Positions 48,182 to 59,370 of a stretch of 64,000 bases of DNA are shown here, one piece after another. The first letter of the stretch is position 1, and every line of letters starts with the position of its first letter. The stretch is from Acidobacteriota bacterium (lineage in GTDB: Bacteria; Acidobacteriota; UBA6911; JACQSX01). A program made the translations under genes and the position numbers. The notes beneath the pieces were generated by a model that worked only from the letters and a program-made list of their open reading frames with translations, did not search any database and was not told where the DNA came from. The stretch lies in assembly GCA_036507075.1 (NCBI GenBank), contig DASXQR010000097.1, forward strand, positions 1 through 64,000, written 5' to 3'.

Positions 48182-48278
48182 CCCACTCGTTCGCGTCTTC
48201 GCGGTTCAAGCTTTTCCGGAGTTATGGAAATTCCTCACTCATCCAATTAAACTCTTCCTACCCGAGGAGAAAGAACCC

Positions 48279-49226
48279 ATGAAAACCGCCAATCGAAAGA
48301 TCCTACCGGAGGCGGCCCAATCAAGGCGCGCCTTTATTCGCACCGTCACTGCAGGCCTTGGAGGCGCAGTCGCGGTCCAGAATCCAGCCCGCGCGTCCGC
48401 TGTCCTCCAGGGACCGGGAAAGTTGCCGCGCCGCTTCATCATTGACTCCCATCACCATTTTGAAGAGAAGGCCGATTATTTTGATCGGTTGATTAAAAAC
48501 TACCGCCCCAGAAACGCGATGGTTTGCGTCAATACGTTCATGTCCGGATTCGAGGCCGTAAAGAAAGCCGCGGCTCAATTCCCGAACGTCGTCATTCCCT
48601 ATGGCAGGATCAATGTGGACGAGCCGGGTGCGTTGTCGGAAATAGAACAATTTGCCGCAGCCGGATTCAAGGGAATAAAAATGCACAGCCCGCGGCACAA
48701 CTGGGATGATCCTCAATATTTCCACCTGTATGCGCGGCTGCAGGACTTAAAGCTGGTGGCGTTGTTTCACACCGGAATTGCTTTCCATGTCGATACCCCG
48801 CAGTACACGTCAATGGCGCGTATGCGGCCCTCGTTTCTGGATACGCTCACTCGCGCATTTCCCAACCTCTACATACAGGGGGCACATCTTGGAAATCCCT
48901 GGTATGACGAGGCGGCTGAAGCGGCCCGGTGGGGCCCGAAGCTTTACTTCGATCTGACCGGATCGTCCTTAATGAAAAAGGAGAAAAACCTTGGTGTCTT
49001 CAAAGAGTATCTGTGGTGGGCAGGCCCAAGCCAGCACAGCTCTCCACATGCTGTGTACGCGTTCGAAAAGCTCGTATTTGGAACCGATGAACCACCCGAG
49101 CAGCTAGACGGCGTTCTGACCCGTTTTGAAGCGATGCTGGACGTTTGCGACGTTCCCGAGGCCAGCCGGCGCAAGATCTATGGCGAAACCATGGCGAAAA
49201 TTCTGGGGGTCAAGGTCAGGCCCTGA
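48279..49226 (+). CDS. amidohydrolase_2-family protein with Tat signal
   Basis: 'SRRAF', 'IDSHHH', 'KGIKMH', 'FHTG', 'AHLG' and 'FGTD'. Confidence 0.88.
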   Translation: MKTANRKILPEAAQSRRAFIRTVTAGLGGAVAVQNPARASAVLQGPGKLPRRFIIDSHHHFEEKADYFDRLIKNYRPRNAMVCVNTFMSGFEAVKKAAAQFPNVVIPYGRINVDEPGALSEIEQFAAAGFKGIKMHSPRHNWDDPQYFHLYARLQDLKLVALFHTGIAFHVDTPQYTSMARMRPSFLDTLTRAFPNLYIQGAHLGNPWYDEAAEAARWGPKLYFDLTGSSLMKKEKNLGVFKEYLWWAGPSQHSSPHAVYAFEKLVFGTDEPPEQLDGVLTRFEAMLDVCDVPEASRRKIYGETMAKILGVKVRP

Positions 49227-49251
49227 CACCTGTCGGACCCGCGACCGTAAG

Positions 49252-49450
49252 CTGGGATTATTCATAAACTGAAAGAATTGGCGGCTGATCTACACGGAAA
49301 ACACGGATTAGTATCGGGGTCGAGGGATGGGCTCCATAACAGTAGTGAGTCAGCTTCGCCGGGCATCGACGCCCATCCCTCGACCCCGATACCGTCAGCG
49401 TTGTCCGCGTAAATCGGCGGCTAGTTCCTGCAGTTTGTGAATAGTCCCGG
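49252..49450. mobile_element. 199-bp MITE-like element with TAAG target-site duplication
   Basis: Imperfect TIRs CTGGGATTATTCATAAACTG / CAGTTTGTGAATAGTCCCGG; perfect 21-bp inner stem (49311..49331 / 49372..49392); TAAG at 49248..49251 and 49451..49454. Confidence 0.7.
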
Positions 49451-49467
49451 TAAGGAGGTATCCCCTC

Positions 49468-50520
49468 TCAGCTTGGAGGGCGTTCGGCGTGCTTGGCGCC
49501 GCGACGGTAATTCAGGCTGGCAGTGGTCCGCTGAAGTCTGTAGTAATCGGGCATGAAGACGACCAACCCAAAGTTGCGCATGTTCTTGGAATAGCCGGCG
49601 ACCAGTTGTTGGTTGTAGTGATCAATTGAAAAATCAAAGATGTCTTTGGGCGCCTGGTCAATGATCTGCAGGTCGGCGTCAACCATAGTCAGCTTGCCGA
49701 AGCGCAGTGTTCCCCCCCGATAGTACATGTAATTGGCCGCCTTCGGATATGAAGGGTTCAGGCGTCCGGCTGATGCGCCGGAGCCGTCGGTGCCGGAACC
49801 GAATATTTGGATCACCTCGTTGCCGATAATCTGAACCGCCGTAACTTTTCCCAGAATATTCGGAGGAGGGGTCATTCGCTCGGGATCCATGATCAAATCG
49901 TTGTCGTCGATTTTAACGCCTCGCGCCTCCCGAGCCTTGATTAACTCATCGAGTTCAACGCCAAACAGATGCATCAACCCTTTGACTGCGATACCCCCGG
50001 CTTTGATCGATGTGGGGTGGAGTCGAATCTTGCCGTCCGCCGTGACGCTGAGATCTCCCACCATTCGGAAAGGAACGTCGATCACCTTATGCATGGTTCC
50101 TTCCTGCTCGATCTGATTTCCATGAGTAGTGATGCGAAGGTTCTTCAGAGGCGAATGAGGATAAGCAAAGACGTAATTGTTCATCAGGTTCGTCAGGCTG
50201 TCGATCGTGATTCCAATGGTTCCCGAGTCGATTCGAACGATGAAGGATCGCTTGTCGTCGAAAACCGGCGGAGATGCTTTGTGCGCTCTGAGAAGCGCGC
50301 CGCGCAGGCTCTTAATATCAAGCGCAATATTGTCGTCGAGATGGAAGTTGACATTCCTCATTCGGACTTGAGTCACCGAATCAACAGACCTTGCCGTCGC
50401 GGAGGCCGGGCGATGCGTCTTTAGATTATTGCTGTGGTCGTTTGATCTGGAGTAACCGGACACGCTCAGAAGCAGAGCGAACGCTGCTAAGCTACACATT
50501 GCTAGTATTCTCATTCTCAT
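49468..50520 (-). CDS. secreted hypothetical protein
   Basis: 350-aa ORF with signal peptide and GGGAG RBS. Confidence 0.8.
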   Translation of the reverse strand: MRMRILAMCSLAAFALLLSVSGYSRSNDHSNNLKTHRPASATARSVDSVTQVRMRNVNFHLDDNIALDIKSLRGALLRAHKASPPVFDDKRSFIVRIDSGTIGITIDSLTNLMNNYVFAYPHSPLKNLRITTHGNQIEQEGTMHKVIDVPFRMVGDLSVTADGKIRLHPTSIKAGGIAVKGLMHLFGVELDELIKAREARGVKIDDNDLIMDPERMTPPPNILGKVTAVQIIGNEVIQIFGSGTDGSGASAGRLNPSYPKAANYMYYRGGTLRFGKLTMVDADLQIIDQAPKDIFDFSIDHYNQQLVAGYSKNMRNFGLVVFMPDYYRLQRTTASLNYRRGAKHAERPPS

Positions 50521-50857
50521 CCCAAAGCTCCCTTCAGCCGATACTGCTTCCTCCTAATTCAGTTTAGCTTCACAACCAAACGCCGTGGGTCGTCCGGGAT
50601 CAGTCCCGTTAACTCCTCCGGACATGTTGGCAATACAACTGCTACGGCTGCAAGTAACTGAATTGTTGATTCAAAAAGTTGGAGAAAGGAAAGCTGCTGC
50701 GGCTTTTCCAATGTAAATATGCCGGAAATTTCTTCCGGTAATCCTCTCTTCTTCCGAGCGCGTCAAAAATCTGAAATAGATTAATCCGGCTTTCGTATTA
50801 CAGATTGTAAGTTTCGACTACTACCCGGTGAAGAGTGACTTTTGCTCTTCAATCTCG

Positions 50858-52834
50858 ATGATGCTCAAGAAACTCGTTCTCTGTTGCGCGTTCTTATTCC
50901 TTTCCCCGGCCACTGCGCTGGCGCGAACTGTCGACCTTGAGCTTGCCGGCGGCATCGATTTGCAGATTTCACTTTCGCTTCTTCCTGCCGCAGAGGAGTG
51001 GGAGGAAACCGCTCCCAACAGTTTCCAGTGCAACGGTTACACACTCGATCTGGACGAATCGAGGCAAGGAGGGAGATCGGCGCTGAAGATAAGGCTTACG
51101 CGCATCGATCAGGCCCCTTTCTGGCTGCGGAATTTCCAGGCTCTGTGGGTTTTCAACAAACCGGATCTTTTCGCTGTTTGGACCTATGTCCAGAATCCTT
51201 CCACGCACAGGAATTATACCGCCTTGAGCAGTGAGCCTTTTGGGGCGGTCACTTCGGCCAATTCAGGCATTCCTTACGCCATGGCAGTCACAAGCGAAGG
51301 CCGGAATCTGCTGGCCGTGGGAACTCTGACACAGAATCAAACCATGTACCTGGGAGGCGCTCCCTATGAAGACGGGGCCTACTATTTCTACATGGGAACA
51401 CAGGTTCCAATCTACCAGAAGACTTTTACCGAAAGCCTGTTCATCGACGTCACGGCCGGCAACTGGTTTGATATCACTCGCGGTTATGCCGACTGGGTCG
51501 ACGCCGAGCGCAGCTACGAGCCTTTCCCTGTCTCGCCTGCGTGTTTCCACCCGATGTACGACAGTTGGTATTGGACCCTGGATGCGGTCAATTTGGATCT
51601 CCACTGGAAAAACCTGGTTCTTGCCAGAGATCTCGGGTTCCAGTCGTATCTCTTTGACGCGGGTTGGGAGTCCAAGACAGGAGAATTAGCCAAGTGGCTG
51701 GCCGGCGCCCTGGGCAATTATTCGGCGCCACGGGATAAGCTGCCCAATTTCGACCAGTTTTTGCAAAAGGCCAAGCGCGATCTCAAGATGAACGTGATCC
51801 TGTGGATGGCTCCTTATGCGGTCGGAAGACAAAGCGTCAATTACGCCGGCACACGAGGATCGCATTCGCTGTTTCGGATTTCCAGACCAGGATACAAGGG
51901 GGGCTCAACGGAGACTCCTTACACGCTGCCGCTGAACTCTCGTTATGAAGAGAATGTCAATTTATGCCCGCGCCATCCGGACACAGCGCCGTACTTGAAA
52001 GCACTGATGGAGCAAGTATCGCAGACTTACGCGCCCGACGGCTACTGGCTCGACTTCCAGGAGAGTATTCCCTTTATTTGCGAAGCGAGACACCGGCATT
52101 CGTCGTCGTTTGCAACAGCCTTTAATTCATCCCAGACGGGAATCAGCCGGGGAATTCTCAACCGTATCATTCAGCCCACGGTAGAGATGCGTTATCCGGC
52201 GGCAAATCTTAATAACAAGAAGTTCGCCAATCTGTGGCAAAGCATCGACTTTCCCGGGGACTTCGACGCCATGCGCCTTTGCAATCTGATGATGCGTCCA
52301 TTCAGCCGGGGTGTCGTCATGGGGACAGACGAAATGTACTGGCCCCCCACGGAAGACGATACCCGCGTGGCCAAATTTGCGGCTACGGTGATTTTCAGCG
52401 GCGTCCCCGCCTTTGGGGCCAACTTTCTAAACGGACCGCGCTCACATTCGGAGATTGTCAAAGCCTGGCTGAAGTTTTATCGGGATAATCAGGCCGACCT
52501 CACCGGCGGCGTGTTCAAGCCGTTCGGTAGTTTTGTAACACCGGAACAGAAAATAGAATCCGAACAGAAAGCCTTCCTCTATTTGCGCACCGGCTACACA
52601 ACGGAAGCACCATTGGACGGAACACCTGAGACAATTTACATTTCCAACTGCACGGATCTGGATTATGTGGAGATCAATCTGTCCGGCGCCAAGAGCGGCA
52701 GGTATCAGCTCGAGAACTATGACAATCACCTGCGTCTTCTAGCCAGGGCGGTCCGGAACTTCGGCGAGCCTTTCTTCATCAGCGAAGAAGTGCCCCAGGG
52801 AGGATTATTGAAGCTTCGAAGATTGGAAGATTAA
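50858..52834 (+). CDS. secreted glycoside hydrolase, GH36/alpha-galactosidase-like
   Basis: Signal peptide; 'YDSWY', 'FDAGW', 'LWMAPY' and 'GYWLDF' TIM-barrel motifs. Confidence 0.7.
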   Translation: MMLKKLVLCCAFLFLSPATALARTVDLELAGGIDLQISLSLLPAAEEWEETAPNSFQCNGYTLDLDESRQGGRSALKIRLTRIDQAPFWLRNFQALWVFNKPDLFAVWTYVQNPSTHRNYTALSSEPFGAVTSANSGIPYAMAVTSEGRNLLAVGTLTQNQTMYLGGAPYEDGAYYFYMGTQVPIYQKTFTESLFIDVTAGNWFDITRGYADWVDAERSYEPFPVSPACFHPMYDSWYWTLDAVNLDLHWKNLVLARDLGFQSYLFDAGWESKTGELAKWLAGALGNYSAPRDKLPNFDQFLQKAKRDLKMNVILWMAPYAVGRQSVNYAGTRGSHSLFRISRPGYKGGSTETPYTLPLNSRYEENVNLCPRHPDTAPYLKALMEQVSQTYAPDGYWLDFQESIPFICEARHRHSSSFATAFNSSQTGISRGILNRIIQPTVEMRYPAANLNNKKFANLWQSIDFPGDFDAMRLCNLMMRPFSRGVVMGTDEMYWPPTEDDTRVAKFAATVIFSGVPAFGANFLNGPRSHSEIVKAWLKFYRDNQADLTGGVFKPFGSFVTPEQKIESEQKAFLYLRTGYTTEAPLDGTPETIYISNCTDLDYVEINLSGAKSGRYQLENYDNHLRLLARAVRNFGEPFFISEEVPQGGLLKLRRLED

Positions 52835-52905
52835 AAGAATTGGAAAATTAGAAAATTGCCCCGAATTTCTGATTTTTCAATCTTCCGATTATTAATTCGA
52901 TGATT

Positions 52906-54420
52906 TTACGGGCTCAGTTGGATTTGAACCACTCGTTCGAACTCCGGCCGCACACCCGAAGAGTGGAAATAAACCTTCAGATCGCGGCAGGGCCCGAACA
53001 CGCGAAACAGATTGCCCGAATCTGTGTACCAGATCAGGTCGCTGTTTTCAGGGACGCCGACAAGCAGAGCAGTGCCGCAATCGAATCCACCCGGAATTGC
53101 CGCATGGAACTCTTTCAGGAGCCTGGCTGAAGTGCGCGAACTCGTCACCGGCCAGGAATTGACGCGGTTGTTTAAGACACCTGTGAAGGTGCTGAAAACA
53201 AAGATGGCCATGGCCGGCGCCAGCACATATTTGAATTTCGTTCTGACCACTTCACTCACGAAAACACCAGCCAGGAGGGCCACTCCGAGCAAGGGGATAT
53301 AAAGATTGTGCTGCATCACTTTTCCGGCCAGTGGCAGCACCGGCGCCAGCGCCAGAAGAAACCAGATCAGCCCTAGAAGTGACGCGCGATGGAGGCGACG
53401 GATGGCTCGTCCGACGAACGCCAGAAAGACGATGATGACGGGAAACATCAAAAGAGCGGCGGCAGTCGTCAGCCGGGGATAGGCTGGTTTAATGGGAACC
53501 GAAAGGCCCGGGACGCCGGAAACAAAAAAAGACGCCATCCCGGTTCCCTGGGGCAGGTTTAGACCCCACCACAGATACTTTACCTTCATGACGGCAGATT
53601 CGAGCGACAGCGATGCGCGGTATGGATGCGCGGCCGAATCGGGATAAAGAGCGCCGCCTCGCATGAACCAAATAGCGCCGATGAAGAGGAGCGCCAATCC
53701 CCAGAAAATCGCGGTCTGTTTCGCACTCGCCCAAAGACGCCGTGAGACTCTCTCTTCATTACTTCGCATCACCTCATAGCTTGTCAGGATTGCCGGTAGA
53801 AACACGGCTGATTCTTTGCTCAGAACGGAAGCGATCCATGAAACGTAAGCGATGGCAATCCAGCGGTCATTCCGCTCAGATTTAAGATACGCGAAAAACG
53901 CCGACAGTAGAAAAAAGGCGCCTGTGAAGTCGGGAATGAACGTGATGCCGTAAGTGACGAAAAAATTAACTCGATGCAGCGCGAAAACAAAAGCAACCGC
54001 CAGCGCCGCCACGGGACTCGGCAGCAGGCGGCGGGCGATCAAATATGCCAGCACTGTGTTGACAGCGTGAAACACGAGTGGGACCAGATGATGGCCCGGT
54101 GGGTTGTATCCAAACAGCGGAAAGAACAGGTACGTGAACATTACCAGCCCCATCGGCCGATAGTGTCCGCGGTCATCGATGGCAACGAAGGCGCGGATCA
54201 GATCCGGCCAGCCGTGCAGGAACCTGCCAAAATAATAAACGGCATCCGGACCGAAGAACTCGCTGCGGTTCCACGAGAAAAGACCCGCCATCAGTCCCAG
54301 AATGAAGATCAGTCCGACAAGGATCGGTTTGTGGCGGTTCCATGCACCAAGCAGCGCGCCCGCGCCCAGCCTGAAATACCACCGCGTGGGCCCGGCCGGA
54401 GACGTTAAGGTGTGCATCAT
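52906..54420 (-). CDS. polytopic membrane protein, GT-C/ArnT-PMT-like glycosyltransferase
   Basis: 'YRP', 'FALH' and 'LSKESA' motifs with many TM helices. Confidence 0.7.
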   Translation of the reverse strand: MMHTLTSPAGPTRWYFRLGAGALLGAWNRHKPILVGLIFILGLMAGLFSWNRSEFFGPDAVYYFGRFLHGWPDLIRAFVAIDDRGHYRPMGLVMFTYLFFPLFGYNPPGHHLVPLVFHAVNTVLAYLIARRLLPSPVAALAVAFVFALHRVNFFVTYGITFIPDFTGAFFLLSAFFAYLKSERNDRWIAIAYVSWIASVLSKESAVFLPAILTSYEVMRSNEERVSRRLWASAKQTAIFWGLALLFIGAIWFMRGGALYPDSAAHPYRASLSLESAVMKVKYLWWGLNLPQGTGMASFFVSGVPGLSVPIKPAYPRLTTAAALLMFPVIIVFLAFVGRAIRRLHRASLLGLIWFLLALAPVLPLAGKVMQHNLYIPLLGVALLAGVFVSEVVRTKFKYVLAPAMAIFVFSTFTGVLNNRVNSWPVTSSRTSARLLKEFHAAIPGGFDCGTALLVGVPENSDLIWYTDSGNLFRVFGPCRDLKVYFHSSGVRPEFERVVQIQLSP

Positions 54421-54867
54421 TTGCTACCAGAAGTATTGATGAAAACGACGATGGTGCCGGGATTTCACCCCCCAAGGAAATACGGCACGGCTGATATTCG
54501 ATAAAGATAGCGAACAGAAAACCTGCGTGAGTGTTTTTATTTTAGCATTCACCGCCCTTAAGTTTGAACATTTTCGGAGGCGACAAGCTTCGCCATCGTC
54601 GGACCCCCATACGTCAGGGCCTGTTGTCCAAATCGAAAGGGGGCTGAGACGGACACGTTGCATTCACCGCAGAGCCGCAAAGAACGCCAAGTTTCCGCGG
54701 AGATCCCATTGCCAACCTCTGCGAGGCTTAGCGTCCTCGGCGACTCTGCGGTGAAAGTGATGTTCCGAATCAGTAACAGGCGCAATGGCTCTTTGACTTC
54801 GCTCGTCGCCCTGCATAAACTCGACCTCACATCGACAACACATCGCATATTGGTTAAGGAGGCAATC

Positions 54868-56112
54868 ATGGCGTCGAAATCCGATACCATCAAACGGCCG
54901 TCTGAAGAATCGCGCACAGAATCGGGCGGGCGCAGGCTGGGAAGACGCGAATTCCTAAAGTCTGCAGCGGCCACAGGAGCCGGATGGACCATCGTCAAAC
55001 CCGGGTCGGTTTATGGCACGGAAGCAAATTCCCGGCTTGAGCTCGGAGTTATCGGAAGCGGAGGTCGCGGCAGGTTCATCGCCGGTCTCTTCGAAAAGAA
55101 CTCAAACACCAAGGTGGTGGCGCTGCACGATTACTTTGCCGATCGCGTCGACCAATTGGGCGAGAGGTTGCAGGTGGAGTCCGAGCGCCGATACACGGGC
55201 CTTGACGGATATCGCCGCCTGCTGGACGGAAAATTGGATGCAGTAGCGATCGAAAGCCCTCCCTATTTCCATCCCGAGCAGGCAATTGCCGCATTGGACG
55301 CGGGAAAACATGTCTATCTGGCCAAACCGATCGCCGTCGATGTCGTCGGCTGCCTGGCCATCCTGGATGCCGCCGGCAAGGCAAGGGGAAAGCGGAGCAT
55401 TCTGGTCGATTTTCAAACCCGAAACGATCCGCTCTTCCGCGAAGCAGCTTCACGGGTTCACCAGGGAGATATCGGCACACCCGTCCTGGGCCATGTTTAT
55501 TATCATGCCGGGCGCCTTAAGCCCCAGGCCCAGGGCACGAGTCAGGCGGCGCGCCTGCGCAACTGGGTTTTCGACAAGGCACTCTCGGGCGACATCATCG
55601 TAGAGCAGAATATCCACGTGATCGATGTGGCCAACTGGTACTTGCAGTCTCACCCCATCAAAGCGCAGGGATTTGGAGGCCGCAAGGCTCGAGTGGATGT
55701 CGGTGATTGCTGGGACCACTACGTTGTCACGTACTTGTATCCGAACGAAGTGGTCGTTGATTTCAGCTCCGCGCAGTTCACCAAGGGTTACGACGATCTC
55801 TGCATCCGTCTTTATGGGGGCAGCGGCACGGTGGATTCTCATTATGACGGCGACGTGCGCATTCGCGGCGACAAACCGTGGGACGGCGGAAGCACGAAAG
55901 GGTTGTACACCAGCGGCGCGGTCAACAACATCAAGGACTTTTACGCCAGCGTCGCCGGCGGCAATTATCTTTTTGATACGGTTGCTCCCAGCGTCGAAAG
56001 CAACCTGGCAGCCATCTTGGGCCGCATGGCCGCCTACGAAGGACGCGCTGTGACATGGAATGAAATGCTGAAATCCCGCCAGCGTATCGACGCCAGGCTG
56101 CAAGGGTTATGA
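54868..56112 (+). CDS. Gfo/Idh/MocA oxidoreductase with Tat signal
   Basis: 'RREFLK', 'GSGGRG', 'GKHVYLAKP' and 'SGDIIVEQNIH'. Confidence 0.9.
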   Translation: MASKSDTIKRPSEESRTESGGRRLGRREFLKSAAATGAGWTIVKPGSVYGTEANSRLELGVIGSGGRGRFIAGLFEKNSNTKVVALHDYFADRVDQLGERLQVESERRYTGLDGYRRLLDGKLDAVAIESPPYFHPEQAIAALDAGKHVYLAKPIAVDVVGCLAILDAAGKARGKRSILVDFQTRNDPLFREAASRVHQGDIGTPVLGHVYYHAGRLKPQAQGTSQAARLRNWVFDKALSGDIIVEQNIHVIDVANWYLQSHPIKAQGFGGRKARVDVGDCWDHYVVTYLYPNEVVVDFSSAQFTKGYDDLCIRLYGGSGTVDSHYDGDVRIRGDKPWDGGSTKGLYTSGAVNNIKDFYASVAGGNYLFDTVAPSVESNLAAILGRMAAYEGRAVTWNEMLKSRQRIDARLQGL

Positions 56113-57222
56113 AGGCATGCGTCTGACCGAACCTGGCTTAAACGGGCGGTGTGATTCGGCACTGGCCACGGCGGCAAAGCAAAGCTCCAATCCGCGCATG
56201 TGGCTGAGGGCATTGTTCTCAGGCTCGCGATCTTCCTCGATGGCGCACAGCAATTCTCCCATCGTTCCGCGAAAACCATCCGGGAACCAATGGCCCTTCA
56301 GCTTCGGGCTCGCGACGCCCCGGTACCACTGAAGCGTGACCTTCTGACTGGCCAGATCCGGACCACCGCTAAAAACCGCCCCCGCCGACCCCACGATGTA
56401 AGTCCGATCTTCGGCCCCGATCTTGGTGTCGCCGTTGAATGCCAGCACCGCCTGGCCGTGGTCGTACTCAATCAGGGCCTGTCCCAGCAGTGGAGGGTTT
56501 GCCTTCTGGCCGCGCGAGCGCGCAAACGACGCAAACACGCGCCTTGCGCTGCGCCTTCCGAAGAAACAGGTCAGCAAGTCGAACCAGTGAATTCCAAAAT
56601 CATAAAGAATGATATGTCGCACTCGATTAAACTCGGTGCCGGCAACCCAGTTGTGGTTCCAGCTCACCGTGCACTGGACAGACAGCACATCGCCGATCAG
56701 TCCTTTTCTGATCACATGGCGGATATAGCTGAAGTGCGGCGCCCATCGCCCGTTGGTATTGACGGCCAGCTTGACCTTCCGTTTGGCGGCCAGTTTGACC
56801 ATGCGACGCCCAAACGACAGATCCGTCGTGAAAGGCTTTTGGCTGAGCACATGCTTGCCGGCCAGGATTGACGATTCAATGATTTTTTGGCGCTGGCCGG
56901 GATGCGTGGCGATGTCGACCACTTCAATATCGTCGCGCGCCAACACCTGTTTGTAGTCAGCGTAAACGGCCGCTTTCGGGTAAAACTCCTTCTGCCGTTG
57001 GAAGGCCCTTTCTACTTTGCGGTCACATACGGCGAGCACCCTGAATCCAGCCTTTTTGTAGGCCCTCAGGTGCTGCACGCTGATTCCGCCGCACCCGATC
57101 AGTCCGATGCCGGGGTTGTAGTGCCGGGGGCTGCGCGGCTCGTAGGGCAAAGATGGTGCCCTGACAGGTCTGCCGACGACTTTCGCCCCCATGCCATAGT
57201 CGTTGGTTTTTCTCTTTGCCAT
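56107..57222 (-). CDS. Gfo/Idh/MocA oxidoreductase
   Basis: 'GLIGCGGI', 'GKHVLSQKP' and 'DFGIHWFD'. Confidence 0.9.
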   Translation of the reverse strand: MAKRKTNDYGMGAKVVGRPVRAPSLPYEPRSPRHYNPGIGLIGCGGISVQHLRAYKKAGFRVLAVCDRKVERAFQRQKEFYPKAAVYADYKQVLARDDIEVVDIATHPGQRQKIIESSILAGKHVLSQKPFTTDLSFGRRMVKLAAKRKVKLAVNTNGRWAPHFSYIRHVIRKGLIGDVLSVQCTVSWNHNWVAGTEFNRVRHIILYDFGIHWFDLLTCFFGRRSARRVFASFARSRGQKANPPLLGQALIEYDHGQAVLAFNGDTKIGAEDRTYIVGSAGAVFSGGPDLASQKVTLQWYRGVASPKLKGHWFPDGFRGTMGELLCAIEEDREPENNALSHMRGLELCFAAVASAESHRPFKPGSVRRMPS

Positions 57223-57309
57223 GGCTGTATTAAAGCTTTGTGGTTCTTTGTGTCTTGGTGGTTAAAAGGATTTCACCACCAAGACACAAAGAACACGAAG
57301 ACACACGGA

Positions 57310-58383
57310 TCAGCGCAGCAGCGGTACCGGACGCTGCTGCGAGGAGCTGAGAAGCGCTGCGTCCACAATCTGCTGGCCGATCCGGCTTATCGCCGGCGAA
57401 AGCGGGCCTTCAATGCGACGCCCGTTCTCGAGACAATCAATCACATACTGCACGGGATTCTTGAAGCGCAAATTGTCCACGGGCATTTCGAGACCTTCAG
57501 GATGACTGGAGGTCTGGACGCGAACTAACTTTTCATAATCGTAGCTGCTGATCGTGCCGCCTGTGCCGACGATAACAAAGCCGCATTTGGGCTGCGGCTG
57601 GCAGGTCCAGGGATCGGTAAAGGTTCCCCAGCGCGTTTCAAATTTCGACAGCGCTCCGTCGTCGTAGCGGGCTACGGTGACACTGTGCTCGTCAACCTCC
57701 AGATTGGCCGCGCCGCCGATGACTGTTGTGACCTCGACCGGTATTCGACCGTCCATGAACCAGGTTCCAAGCGTCGTACCGTAACCGAGATAGTCCAGGA
57801 GCGATCCTCCACCCTGCTCTTTTCTGTAAAACCAGCTGCCTGGTTTTTCCCGCGCCACTTCTTCGGCAGTCTTGTTGATCTTGTCTGCCATATGCCAGAG
57901 CGGACCGCGGTTGCCGTCATAATAGTGGACCTCCCGCACGATTCCAATCCGGCCTTCATCCACCAGGCGTTTGGCTGTGACATGGGGCGGATACCAGGCC
58001 AGCGGCCAGTTAATGGCAAGCATCTTGCCGGATTTTTTCATCGCTTCGATCATGGCATCAGCATCCGACAGCGAAGCGCCAAACGGCTTCTCCATGATGA
58101 CGTGACTCCCGAAGGGAGCGACCTTTTCAGTCCACTCGCGATGGCGGGCGGTTGCGGGACAAAGCAATACAATATCAGGCGAAGTCTTGTCGAGACACTC
58201 ACGATAGTCGGTGAAAATTCGGCCGGCTGGAATGTTGAAATTCTTAGCCGACACCTGCATCCGGTCAGGTTGCTCGTCACAAATTCCGACAATCTCCGCC
58301 TGCGGATGTTCAAAAACCATCCGCAGGTTATCGCCCATGTGCATATGGTCAAAATTGATGCCGGCGATTTTCCACTTCTTCAT
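57310..58383 (-). CDS. Gfo/Idh/MocA oxidoreductase
   Basis: 'HVIMEKPF' and 'GGGSLLDY'. Confidence 0.88.
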   Translation of the reverse strand: MKKWKIAGINFDHMHMGDNLRMVFEHPQAEIVGICDEQPDRMQVSAKNFNIPAGRIFTDYRECLDKTSPDIVLLCPATARHREWTEKVAPFGSHVIMEKPFGASLSDADAMIEAMKKSGKMLAINWPLAWYPPHVTAKRLVDEGRIGIVREVHYYDGNRGPLWHMADKINKTAEEVAREKPGSWFYRKEQGGGSLLDYLGYGTTLGTWFMDGRIPVEVTTVIGGAANLEVDEHSVTVARYDDGALSKFETRWGTFTDPWTCQPQPKCGFVIVGTGGTISSYDYEKLVRVQTSSHPEGLEMPVDNLRFKNPVQYVIDCLENGRRIEGPLSPAISRIGQQIVDAALLSSSQQRPVPLLR

Positions 58384-58488
58384 ATCATGCCACGGCGTCG
58401 CTGCGCTCCTCCCGTAGAGACGCGACATGTCGCGTCTGAGCTCTGACGCGGCATGCCGCGTCTCTACGCCCCAGGGCAAACGCCCGGT

Positions 58489-59280
58489 TCATTTCCTACC
58501 GGCATCTTTGTATAACTCCGCCAGCCGGCGGGCGTGCTCATCATAGGCGGACTCAAACAGTTCGGACGCGCGCTCGGGACCTACCACTGTCGCGCCGGCC
58601 AAAACCTTTGGCGGCGAACCGGCCCGCGTAAGCAGCGCAGCCACCTCCGCCTTAATGGCATTGATCAGCAGGCAACCGCCGATAGTCGATCCAGGAGAGA
58701 CAGGCGCTTCAAGTCCGGGAATGCAGACCATCGCGTCTCCAGCCGGAGCGCCGGTGTCCAGGACAAGATCGACCACGTCGGTCAGCTTCAATCCGCCCGG
58801 ATGGCGACTGGCGCTGGCCTCGCAATGGCTCCGGCTGACAATGCCGGCGGTCTTGATGCCTCTTTTGCGAAAACCTTCTGCCATTTCAATGGGCACCAGA
58901 TTGCAGCCGCTGGAGGAAATCACCAGGGCGCTGTCCCTGTCGGAAAGGCCGAAATTCCGCAGGATTCTTTCCGCGAGCCCGCCGACGTTTTCCAGGTACA
59001 TCGCCTGCCGCTGACCGTTGGCTCCTACCACCTGATTGTGGAACGTGAGAGATAACTCGACGATCGGATTGAATCCGGGAAAAGATCCGTAACGAGGCCA
59101 CATTTCCTCAACCACGATTCTGCTGTGGCCGCAGCCAAACAGGTGCACCATGCGTCCGGCAAGAATTGTGTCGCTGAACCAGGCCGCGACTGTTTCGATG
59201 GCGGCCTGCTGGCGCTCCACGGCCGCGAGGATCTCTTTGCATTTATCCAAGTACTGCATCGCGGGGTTGAGACCACTCAT
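58489..59280 (-). CDS. SIS-domain sugar isomerase-like protein
   Basis: 'FGCGHS', 'VISSSG.N..PIEMA' and 'DTGAPAGDA'. Confidence 0.88.
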   Translation of the reverse strand: MSGLNPAMQYLDKCKEILAAVERQQAAIETVAAWFSDTILAGRMVHLFGCGHSRIVVEEMWPRYGSFPGFNPIVELSLTFHNQVVGANGQRQAMYLENVGGLAERILRNFGLSDRDSALVISSSGCNLVPIEMAEGFRKRGIKTAGIVSRSHCEASASRHPGGLKLTDVVDLVLDTGAPAGDAMVCIPGLEAPVSPGSTIGGCLLINAIKAEVAALLTRAGSPPKVLAGATVVGPERASELFESAYDEHARRLAELYKDAGRK

Positions 59281-59370
59281 GGTTTATCGACCTACTCAAC
59301 AATGGGTTAAGCTGGCTTGGTGTCTTGGTGGTTTCATTTTTTTGACCGCCAACGCACCAAGCTCACGAAC

